Positions 10,138 through 20,189 of a DNA stretch of 22,560 bases are shown in pieces. Made by a program: the position numbers and the translations under genes. The notes under the pieces were generated by a model that saw only the letters and a list, made by a program, of their open reading frames with translations, was not told the origin of the DNA and did no database searches. The stretch spans positions 1 to 22,560 of the forward strand of contig NIVC01005192.1 in assembly GCA_002269645.1 (NCBI GenBank), written 5' to 3'. The DNA is from Macrostomum lignano (Eukaryota). Within the stretch, counting starts at the first letter, position 1. Every line of letters starts with the position of its first letter.

Positions 10138-10770
10138 TAGTACATAGATAGGACTTTCAATGTCATGCATTATTTATCCAACCCTACAACATCCATGGCT
10201 TTATTTTTAGGCCAGATGGGACATTGAAGCAGGAGCCCTTAATATTTGTATTGATGTCTAAGTGCCCTTGCTAGGACTATCAACAGTTCTCCAAACTGTG
10301 TAGACTGATACTACAATACAGGTAATTACATGTACTAATATACTAACAAAAGTACTTATACTAGTATTGACTATTTTAAGCATGTAATGTCTATCCAATG
10401 TTCATTTTATTGCTTACTATACCCCAAACAACAATATCCTTTCAATATAGACTGCTTGGATTTGTATTTGACTTTGAGGCAGCTATGTGAATAGCACTTC
10501 CTACAATCCATGTGGCATTGTGGCCTCATATGCAATAGCAGGAATGTAACTTCCACTTTACTCAAGTTACATAGTGACATGTGCAAGCCCTTGGTCTCCA
10601 AAAGGCTTACATCAAAAACCTACAAACTTGGACTTTCTGCAGAAATCTAATGGTGCTAGCAAAGCAATTCTTCTAGCTAATGAAATATGATGGCAGTTTA
10701 AGCAACTTTGCATCCTTGCCAGCACATAATGCCTATTCAGTCACTCTTGGATTAGCTATGCTTTTAGTTA
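10138..10770 (+). mobile_element. Degraded Mutator-like (MULE) DDE transposase fragment (pseudogene)
   Basis: With stops and frameshifts: *YIDRTFNV (10138-, cf. WYxDGTFK), FIQPYNIHGF, KQEPLIFVLMS...DY (10227-), FDFEAAM* (D at 10470), CNFHFTQVT**HVQALGLQKAY (10545-10610, cf. GCxFHxxQAxWRxVQxLGL) and FCRNLM. The motifs occur in the correct order. Confidence 0.8.
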
Positions 10771-11846
10771 TATATACCATTAACAAAATTTTGAAATTGT
10801 ATTATAATCAAAATTTCTGTCAAAATTGGGTAAACATATGCATTTGTATAATTTAATTTAAGGACACATGGTTAAATAAGACCATCTGCAGCAATAACAA
10901 AATATTTATTTATGACTGTTCTATCAAAACTAACAATGTAGAAGGTAAGCATAAATTGATCAACTACTAGGCTTAGCAAGGCAACCTTAAATTTTGTTCT
11001 CATCTGACTTTTGTGCAAGGAAGGGCAATTTACCACCATTGATACTCCATTTATTGCATTGCATAGGGATAGTTGCAATAGTTCAAGTACAAAGCATTGT
11101 AAAAGTGCAACTACATTTTTATAGATCTGTGGTAAGAATACTACTTGGATATGTGCTAAACTGAGAGCTTGTTAGAGAAATGTAGTCACTTAAATTCACT
11201 CTAAATTTGTGATACATTTATGATGATAATGAATAGATTATCATCAATTAAATTTTACTTAACTTCTTAGTGCAATGGCATTTAATTTTATTCAGCAATT
11301 TTATTTGCTAAATGTGTTATTTTTTTCTTGTTTTATTAAGTCACCCATTTATTAATTTGTTACTTACTCATACTAAACCTGCCTATAAACTATAAGTAGC
11401 ACATAAATTAATTGTAACAATTGTTTAACAAAATGGCTAGCTTTTGACAAAATGGTCAATGCAAAAGTCTTTTTGTGCCATTATTGACTTATGCTAAAAA
11501 TTGCCTTTGCCAAAGTGGGTTGAATCCAAAATGATACTAATAGCATTTTATATGGCAATACAAAAAAGTCTGGATAGGCTTCTTGTTATTAAATACACTA
11601 TATATGCCTATGGCATATGACTCCTTAGGACTTTTATTGTATAGTAAAATTTTCTTCAAAAATATAAGGTGTTGAAGAAGTTTCCAAACTACATGAAACA
11701 GCTTGTTTAGGTCTGCACACAATGCACTTAACTAAAATATGTATATATCCCAAGCTTACTCACCAAATATAAAGGCTCCATTTTTAACCTTGCTAATCTG
11801 AATCTTATTTCAGTCACCTATCCCCCCATTATCAAACCTATCTAAA

Positions 11847-12905
11847 ATGGAACTGTTGCATACTTATTAGAAAGCAATGATTTACTATGATTACAAGTGA
11901 GCTGACAGTCAGAGAGCTTGGAAAAGCTTCATCAGGCCTTGGGCAACATTGCACCTTCCAGAACAACAATTTTTTACTAGTTTGCCAAATTTCATTGGGG
12001 TTGGCTGTTGCTTGAAGATGAAGCTCAAGGGGGACAACCTCCAAGCTTGACAACCAATGAAAATGTTGCTGCAGTACAAGCATTGGTTGAAGAAGATCTG
12101 CAAATGACAGTCCAGCAACTAGCCATAGCTATTGGCATTTTATCCCAGAGCAGCTCTATAATTCTGTATGAAAGGCTTAGGCTAAGCAAGGTATCCACCT
12201 GCTGGGTACCCCACCACCTGACCCAGGAGCAAAAGCAAGCCTAGGTCAATTGGGGATAAGCCATGCTCAACATATTTGACAGTGGGACATCAACAAGCAC
12301 TTGGGAGATCATCACTGGTGATGAAACCTAGGTATACAGTTTTGACCCCAAAAGCAGGCAGTAGTTGACTCAGTGGACCCCAGTTAGCAGCCCATTGCCC
12401 CCAAAGCTAGTGTAGTCCCAAAGTGTCACCAAGCAGATAGTTGCTACTTTTGTGGCTTGTAGCAGTCCTGTGGCCATGATCATGCAGGTAACACAGTGGA
12501 CAATGACTGTCAAATGGTATTTTACTGAATATATACCACATGTGCTACAGTCCATTAACAAGAAGTGTCAAAGGACTTGAACTTGCAGCCTGTTGTTCTA
12601 TTAGGACAGGACAATGTCCTAGCCCACACTGTGTAACAAACAATGGAGTTTATAGAGCAGAACCATATCCAGCTACTTCAACATCTACCTTACAGTCTAG
12701 ACTTGGCCCTATGCAACTTCTTTGTGTTCCCTTGGGTCAAGCGCCTGCTCAAAGGAGTTTGGTTTGAATTGTTAGAGTTGGCTATCAAGGCCTTCCGCAG
12801 TCACCTATATAACATCCCTTGGTCCAAATGGACTGGCTGCTTTTCTACTTAGTTTGAGAAGATAAGGAAATGCATCAAAGCTGCTAGGGAGTATTTTGAA
12901 AAGAC
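11847..12905 (+). mobile_element. Degraded mariner (DD34D) transposase pseudogene
   Basis: KAMIYYDYK N-terminus, EDEAQGGQP (cf. EDEPRSGRP), WVPHHL (12203), TGDET* (D at 12320), QDNVLAH (D at 12610), HLPYSLDLALCNF and EYFEK end. The third catalytic position (AAC at 12715) is exactly 35 codons after 12610, i.e. D34D spacing. Many stops and frameshifts. TIRs not found. Confidence 0.93.
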
Positions 12906-12941
12906 CCAGACATGCCCAACTTCAAAATTTCACCCATCTAG

Positions 12942-13079
12942 TGCAACTTAGTTTTGTCCAGATTTGCAACTTAGTTCCTCCCAATTGCAACTTAGTTCCT
13001 CCCAATTGCAACTTAGTTCTTCCAAATTACAACTTAGTTCCTTTCAATTGCAACTTAGTTCCCCTGATTGCAACTTAAT
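12942..13079 (+). repeat. Minisatellite, ~21-bp unit TGCAACTTAGTTCCTCCCAAT (about 7 copies)
   Basis: Tandem copies of TGCAACTTAGTT... read directly from the sequence. Confidence 0.92.
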
Positions 13080-13235
13080 TTTCACTTTGTATATGTATTT
13101 CACTTTTCTTGCCTTTTTCACTTTTCTTTTCTTTCTTTTTCTTTCTCCTCTTTCCCCTCTCCCTTCTCTTTCCTTTCTTTTCATTTCCCTTCTTCTTCTT
13201 TCTTCCCCAAATTTTTCATTTTTCGCATTTTTGAT
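13080..13235 (+). repeat. Polypyrimidine low-complexity tract
   Basis: CT-rich tract, almost purine-free at 13100-13210. Confidence 0.85.
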
Positions 13236-14681
13236 TTTGCCACTTACCTTGGCCAATGGCCATTTTACCCATCTAGTTCAGATGGGTTAGACAAGTGTTA
13301 TATTCAATATGTATGACTTATAGACTTACTCTATAAAGAATTGAACTTTTTAAATAGTGAACCTAGTAGACCCAACGATCCACTTTAATATCATTAAGGC
13401 CAAGGGTATGTGAGCTCATATGAAGGCTAAATTTTGTCAAATGTATGGTCTATCCAAGGGACTATTTGAGTATTATCTATTATCTATAGGAGTATTTCTT
13501 CCCACCTAAAAAAGACCTACAGGAACTTCTTAGATTGGTTACTATATTATTATCTATTGAAATTTAAGACTAACAAACCTAGACACTTTGTTATATAGGA
13601 TGTAGCACTTTCGATTTGTGTAAAAATAGTTGAAGGCCGATTTTTGTTCTTGTATACATTAGTGAAATAGAGGAATTGCATGATTTTCAACATAATATGC
13701 TGTTTGCAGAAGCCTAGGGCTATTAATTTCTGAAATTTTGCAGTATGTTACCAAAAAAACTTAGCTAAATTATATTATTTTGTGGTTTAGTCATATTTTT
13801 TGGTTATTTACCATTTTTTATATTACTTATGACTAGTAGGCTGGCTAGGTAGGCCTATGACTAAGGACAAATGTTTATTGACTGGAAACCTAGTAGTAAA
13901 TACTTCATAGGTCTAGACCTATTTGATTTCTAGCTAGGCTAGTCATAACCCAAACTGCCTTAACTAACTTCTTTTTTATTGATCACATACCTGCAAAGTA
14001 TAAGTAGGTGTATTTATTGAAACTTTAGGCCTATTGTAACTTTGAAACTTAAAAAATTTAGTGTTTTTGATTCCACGCCAGGGTTTTGGGACATAGGCAA
14101 TCAATGACAATGACCCTAGGCCTAGAATAATAATTAGGGCCTAAAATAAAACTTTATTTGTTTTGAGAAGTTTTTAAATAAGATTGTTTTTATTTAATTT
14201 TGGGTTCTTTTATTTTTTCTCTTAGTATTTAGCAATTTTTTCCTGGGTTTATGCTTTAGCTATGTGATAAATATGTTATATTATCTTGACTTTCAAAATT
14301 GCAACTTCAAGTTAGACCTTGGATGCAATTTAGTATCTTAGTATTAGGCTTAGCAAAAAAATATTGGCTAAGATATCTTTAAGCTATAGTATCCTTATTG
14401 TACAATATCTTTTTTAATTGCATTTTGAACTTGAACCTTAGATACAATTTCATATTGCATCCTAGACCTAGACCTAGTATAGTGCTAGCAAAAAAGTAAA
14501 AAAACCTAGGTTATTATTTTTTTTATTTTGTTTCCCAATGATTTTTATACTCTACATGGTCTGGTACTATTACTGCACTACCAGTTATACAGTCAAGAAC
14601 ACATTCTGATTATATACACTTCAGGGTTGGAAAACTGTTACCTCAAGGGCTTGATAAAGAATCTAGCTCTGATGATAGGCT

Positions 14682-14827
14682 AGAAGAGGAGAAAAGAAGA
14701 AAAAAAAGTGAGATAAAAAAAGGAAGTGAAAGAATAATTGGAAAGATAGTTGGGATAAATTGAAGATAGAAGAAAAAAGGAAAAGGATAAAAAGAAAAGT
14801 GAAAGGAGGAAGGAGAGGATAAAAGAA
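14682..14827 (+). repeat. Polypurine (GA-rich) low-complexity tract
   Basis: GAA/GGA/AAAG-rich stretch. Confidence 0.8.
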
Positions 14828-16289
14828 TCTTTATGTCCCTGTGGTACAAATTTTCCAGGGAATTGACATCTCTAGATTTAGGCCCTACTTGATAGCAGTC
14901 ATATATATACTTATAATTTTTAAATAATCAACTTATTGAGATCTTAAAAATGTTTATAAGCAAACTATTTAAATAAATTAAGTTAGAATTTTATAATTAA
15001 AGGTTGAGTAGTTCAGTAGTACTTGTCTGAAATTATTAGGGCCTATAATATATACAATATTTTTATTATATACAGAGAATGATAAAGCTCAAGTCAGTAT
15101 TAATCACATAGTTCATTTTTTCATTTTTAACTTTATTTCATTGCAGACTAGTTGTCAGGCTAATGAAGTTTTGTTTGCCAAGATATACAAGCAACTATAC
15201 TACTGGTAATATCTGGCTAGGATGGAATTTAATTATAACTTGAGGCCCAGGTGCACACTTTTCTTCATGCTCCTGTGATACTCTTGGATATCCAGAACTG
15301 AGATATCCAAGTCAGGTCCTGCAGCTTTTACAGGTGACTGTGGTGACAGACCAGCTAATTCTAATGCTTCCTAAACTTTATTTTGATGTTTAGAGTGACA
15401 AGATTTATCAGCATATACATGTACCATTTGTACACATGATCCCAACACTGCATTTCATTTTCATTTACATTTCATTTTCTTTGCTTAGTACTGTTTTATC
15501 ACTTTGCAACACTGTTGGACCAACAATAAAATTTCTTCAATATAGTTTATCATACCTCATCAATTTTGTGCCAGACAGACTGCTGTTTATAATTTGAGCT
15601 ATAAGCAAATAAACTTGACAAGTCTGCTTGTTTGCTAAATTCTGCTGCCACTCGCAAGCCACTTCAATTTACAAGATTATAGAGAACAAAATGTTAAAAC
15701 AGGAGTCTGCTTTGTGATGTTTTGCTTTTTCTTCTCACTCCTTTTTTCTGACTAGCCATCTTGTGAGAAAGATTTTAAAGGATATAGACCAAAGTATGCG
15801 GGTTCTGTATATGATCTCCAGACTCTGATATATTTTCAGAAATGTCACTAATGACACTAAGAGTATATTCACAAAAAATGTGCTCAAGATTTTTGGCTAC
15901 TTTATTAATTTTGCTTCCTAAACTTGAAGATTTGAATCATTACCATATGCCTAAAAATAGGGTGTCTCCATTGTACAGGATTTTCTTGCATCTACATCTA
16001 GTGGGAAGCTAAACTAACTGACTTACTTGGTAGGGGACAAAAATCTAAACAATCTGTCAAAAAAATTAACCTTTTATATACAATTGATTCAGAGATACAG
16101 ACATTTTAATAATCAGCCTTCAACTATTTTTGCACAATTTGCAAGTGTTGCATCCTTCAATTTTAGTAGTCCTTAGCTAGACATTCATGTTAATCTTATT
16201 CCTTGTTACTCTTTAAGTCTTTTTTATTCCTAAAGCTACTAAAACTTAATCCATTTTGCCATTTTTAGTATATATCAATTATCAATATA

Positions 16290-16679
16290 CAGGGTGTCCC
16301 ATAAGTTACTTTACAACTTGTTTCGTGAATAACTTTGTGATTAATGCTTGGATTCCAACCAGATTTTAGCATAGGAAAATATATAGAAAAGGGATTTTTT
16401 GACACCAAAAGCATGTTCATATCAGGCCCAGATTTTGCCTGAGACGCTTACCAAAGCCCTGCTAGACTTTCCGCGGTGGCTGGAGGCCTGCCTTACAAAC
16501 AGCGGTGGCCACATCAAAGGACCCTGAACAGACTGTATTTTTTAACATATGAACATGTTTTTGCTGTCAAAAAATCCATTTTCTATATATTTTCCTATGC
16601 TAAAATCTGGTGGGGATCCAAGCATTAATCACAAAGTTATTCACAAAACAAGTTGTAAAGTTACTTATGGGACACCCTG
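16290..16679 (+). mobile_element. Tc1/mariner-superfamily MITE (390 bp, 133-bp TIRs, TA TSD) retaining a transposase C-terminus
   Basis: TA|CAGGGTGTCCCATAAG...CTTATGGGACACCCTG|TA. TIRs 16290-16422 and 16547-16679 differ at only a few positions. The interior encodes QILPETLTKALLDFPRWLEACLTNSGGHIKGP*, like the RLxACIxxxGGHF C-terminus of Tc1/mariner transposases. Confidence 0.93.
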
Positions 16680-17064
16680 TATATCCTAGCATACATGACT
16701 AGAGCTTCTAGAGGTCAGAGGAGATCTTTGATCTTGCAATCAATATTTAAGAAACTGCCAAGAATCTAACATAAAATAAAGTACAATAAAGTGCCATATC
16801 TTGAATACTATTTTTTAAAATAGCATATATTATTTAGACATCAAAATAAATGCATTGAATTCAAAATGAATCAAATTAGTGCCAAAAAATCAACTTATAG
16901 GCTATAGGCTATAGAATTGCAATTTTCAGTTTTTTAGCTTTGTATTATCTTAAAATATATATCTCAGAATCCAGATCAAATATTATATTGTTTTGACAAA
17001 AAATATAAAATCTTGAAAATAAAAAAAATCAATATTGTCCAACCTTTATACATCCATATTCAGA

Positions 17065-18055
17065 ATTATGGCATGCTTGTGCCAGAATGAATCCAATCAA
17101 AAAAGTTTGGTTATGCCATGCGCCAGAACAAATCCTATCACAAAAGTTTGCTTGCACCATGTGCTAGAACAATTCTTATGAAAAAACTTTTGCTTGTTCT
17201 ATTTATTATTACTTTTTGAAAAAAAAACATATTGGTATTTTTCATTTGGTATTTTTCATTTACCAAATGAAAAATACTGGTAAAACTTGTATTTGAATCT
17301 GTTTCATAGAAAATGCAATGTTTACATTATTAAATATAAAAGTTGTCAATATACTAGCAAACAAAAAGTGCTTATAAAAAGAAATTATGGCACTAATTTT
17401 TGTCAAAGAAAATATTGTCTCATTGGAAGCTTTTTTCTTGCACCAAATTGTGCCAATTTTTTTGTCTTGCACCATATTGCATTGGATTTTTCTCCCTTGC
17501 CTGCTATTGTGCCAGAATGCACCAACGTGGCATACTAAAGTCCAACCAAGATTATAATATGTTTTTTGAGCAAGATCAAGCAATAATTTTATTAAAAATT
17601 TAAGATCAAGAATACATTGATCGAGAATTGGAGATCCAGCTACAATTGTAAATTTGTATAGGAAAAATGGTACTTATAATTAGATTTATATAAGACTTAG
17701 CCTATATTATAAGTAAATGAATAATAGTACAAAAGAAATACTGATTTCTTTCCAAACAAGGACTCCATAGTATTTTTGCAATATGCAAAAATAAGCCACT
17801 AACTCTGGCTATGCCACTATATGCTACTATAAGATACATAAATAGGTTGAAAGTTGGTAATAGCCTATCAGGTGAGCCATAGTCAGGATCATGACATGCC
17901 TATGCTAAAACAAATCCTATCAAAATAATTTGATTACACCATGTGCTAGAACTATTTTGCTAAAAATGCTAATACAAAAATCTTATTTTCTAGTTTTCCC
18001 TTAAAAAATACCAGTAAAACTTGTATTTGAAACTGTTTTGTAGAAATACAATGTT
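17065..18055 (+). repeat. Two diverged copies of a repeat containing ~41-bp tandem subunits
   Basis: CCATG(C/T)GC(C/T)AGAAC subunits at 17116, 17157 and 17939. AAAAATAC(TG/CA)GTAAAACTTGTATTTGAA... at 17270-17322 and 18004-18055. Confidence 0.65.
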
Positions 18056-18129
18056 GTATGTTGTGGTAGGCCAGTCTACCACTGGGAGGAAGACAGCAGT
18101 CACTGACACTATTTATTTTTTGTTCTTGT

Positions 18130-18470
18130 AATCGAAGCCCTTAGTTTTCTATTGAGTCATTTGCCCATGGGAAAACTAGGGCATAAAGCAATCAATTAGT
18201 CTCATCTCAAAAGCAAGCTCTGAAACCTTCAACATTCTATAATATGAAATTATGGCAATGCTACTTTATTACTGATAGTGACAAACTGAGCCTATCAATA
18301 GATTACTAAGTTTACAGTGTCTGAGGACCCAATTGAATGACTATGCCATTAAAAGACTGCTTGACTGCGATTATGACTACCTTCCCCCAGAATTGAGGAC
18401 CCAGCAGATGGAGTATCAAAGGAAAAGTTATATGAATCAGTTTGTGAAATTTTCTAGCTTTACAAGTGCC
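18130..18470 (+). mobile_element. Possible C-terminal fragment of a degraded MULE transposase
   Basis: Frame with stops reads VFY*VIC...EN*...ISKA...FNIL*YEIMAMLL...PINRLLS...YQRKSY (18414-18431), loosely like WSVFxxxIRTNNxxEGWH...KA...FYxLxxLL...RL.S...RYQRKxY. Weak by-eye match. Confidence 0.3.
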
Positions 18471-19434
18471 AAGACATCACAGGTAGCAATTCAAACTTTA
18501 AAACTGCCTAAACACCCTCCCAATTTATTTTCTTCTCTGCCCCCCACCTCAATGTAAAGGGATTGTAAATATATTTTAATTGAAAAAGCCATCAATACAT
18601 CAGCAAACAAAAAAGTACTAATTGTGCATTAGATTAGACAATGCATTATTTGTTTTTTATTTGGCATTTCATAATATTTTTACATTTTCTATATTGAATT
18701 CAATCTTGCTCAATTGTTTTATAATTCTAAGCCATTTCTTGAAATTTTGACAATTTCTCAAAATGACCTAGGCCTACCCAAAAAGGTAGTCTTGAAATTT
18801 TGAGATCAAGATTGAAATCTCGGTCAAACTCTATAGGCTTAATATATGTCCAAAACCCTTTTGTGCTGGAATTTTCTGTAAAAAAGGCTATCTTCTTGAC
18901 TATCTATGGCTATACATCACAATGAAAACATTGTCAATGACATTTTAGTCTTAATGTATAAACAAGGTTTTTTCAAGGTTAGGCCTACTTTTTCTCCTAG
19001 TCCTACCAGACCTGGCATACACTAATGCATAATCCAAACCAAACTATGGTATCAGTGAAATATTTATCTATATAATAGGCCTATCTTAAAATTTTGGAAA
19101 CTATATTAAAAAATTTTAGGCCTAGCTTTGGATCTATTGTGTTTAAGATTAGGCTAGGGCCTATTGTTTGCTTAAAAACAAAACTAAATGTTCAATGGCA
19201 TTGCTTGAAACTTAAGCGTTAAGGATAAAGCCTAGGGTTTGCCATAACTAGTAGGATAGATAGGCCTATTTATTATATTGTTGTTGTAGTAGCCTATTCA
19301 TTGAATCTACACAAAGCAATATTTTACATTTCCAGACCAAATAAGTGATATAAGCTCCAAAAGAGAGCTTTAATCCAACTCTTGCCACAACTCTCCACTT
19401 TCTCCTTAACAGCCTTAGCCCAAGATAGGCTTAG

Positions 19435-19670
19435 GGCAGGGCGTCCTGACGCTGATGCAACTTTGCAACAAACCGCGGGGCGCGGGCGGGCGCCAGGGCC
19501 AGGCGTGTGTGGTGTGAATGTGAATTGCGTCCCTTGTGACTGAGACCTAAAAAAACCACTAGTTTTGGTACAAAAACTTTAGCATGTTGCTAAGCGTACA
19601 AGCGTACATTGCGATAATTCTGCCGTTACCTGCCGTGAGGTGGGTTGCTTCGACGCTTCGAATCTACTAA
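19435..19670. promoter_or_regulatory. GC/CpG-rich island-like segment at the edge of the CpG-depleted block
   Basis: CCGCGGGGCGCGGGCGGGCGCCAGGG and many CpGs appear abruptly after about 12 kb almost lacking CpG; includes GC-box-like GGGCGG. Promoter role is inferred. Confidence 0.4.
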
Positions 19671-20189
19671 TAATAATATACAACAATTATAAACTTTAAT
19701 TAAGTAAGCGCTGTAAAAAGTTTTAAATGTATTCTAAGAAACAGTTTAAGTAAAAAAATGAAACAAATAGTTAAAAAGTTTTACTGGCTTTTGAAATCTC
19801 CTTTAATATATTTTATGATTTGAATTTTAGTAAATATATCTTTCTCTGCTCTAAAAAGTTGTTTATGTTAAATAACATAATCATCGTAAATATCCACGGT
19901 TTGCGTAAAAAGCTATTAAAAATTCTACGTAACTAATTCATACATGCTTAAATATAAACCGCATGCAAATGCGAATTCCCACTTTCCTGCTTTCTCACTC
20001 GGGACAGCGATCGAGAAGGCACGAACAAGACTCGCGATTATATACTGTCGGTACTATTTTTATCAAAGTTTCCTTTAAGAGTTCTTTTATACCTGTCTCG
20101 TTCTTATTATTATTGCCTAAAATGACATTAATACTCTCATATTTACACAAGCGATGGGAAGCCTTTGTTTTCGGGTGAGTAATTGCAAG

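Noticed and set aside
9042-12947. Shared 12-mer ATCTAGTGCAAC preceding both the 23-mer and 21-mer arrays
   Set aside because: Exact 12-mer matches are expected by chance in 22 kb of AT-rich DNA, and the match does not extend.
11700-12960. Terminal inverted repeats for the mariner relic
   Set aside because: No matching TIR pair or TA TSD could be identified by eye.
9068-13079. 23-bp and 21-bp arrays as CRISPR-like repeats
   Set aside because: Head-to-tail repeats without unique spacers, no cas genes, eukaryotic context.
13080-14827. Pyrimidine tract and purine tract as arms of an inverted repeat
   Set aside because: Only compositional complementarity; flanks show no inverted homology.
12896-14849. 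ORFs across the 21-mer array and the CT-/GA-rich tracts
   Set aside because: Low-complexity artefacts with no recognisable domain.
15147-15360. 59-nt candidate plus-strand exon (TSCQANEVLFAKIYKQLYY) and minus-strand peptide EYHRSMKKSVHL resembling the kinase-like EYHNKLKDHYSVHL
   Set aside because: Too short, with no partner exons or flanking kinase motifs; consistent with chance.
13564-18952. Inverted 10-mer TTAAGACTAA / TTAGTCTTAA as TIRs of a 5.4-kb element
   Set aside because: Similarity beyond 10 bp is only patchy and I found no convincing TSD.
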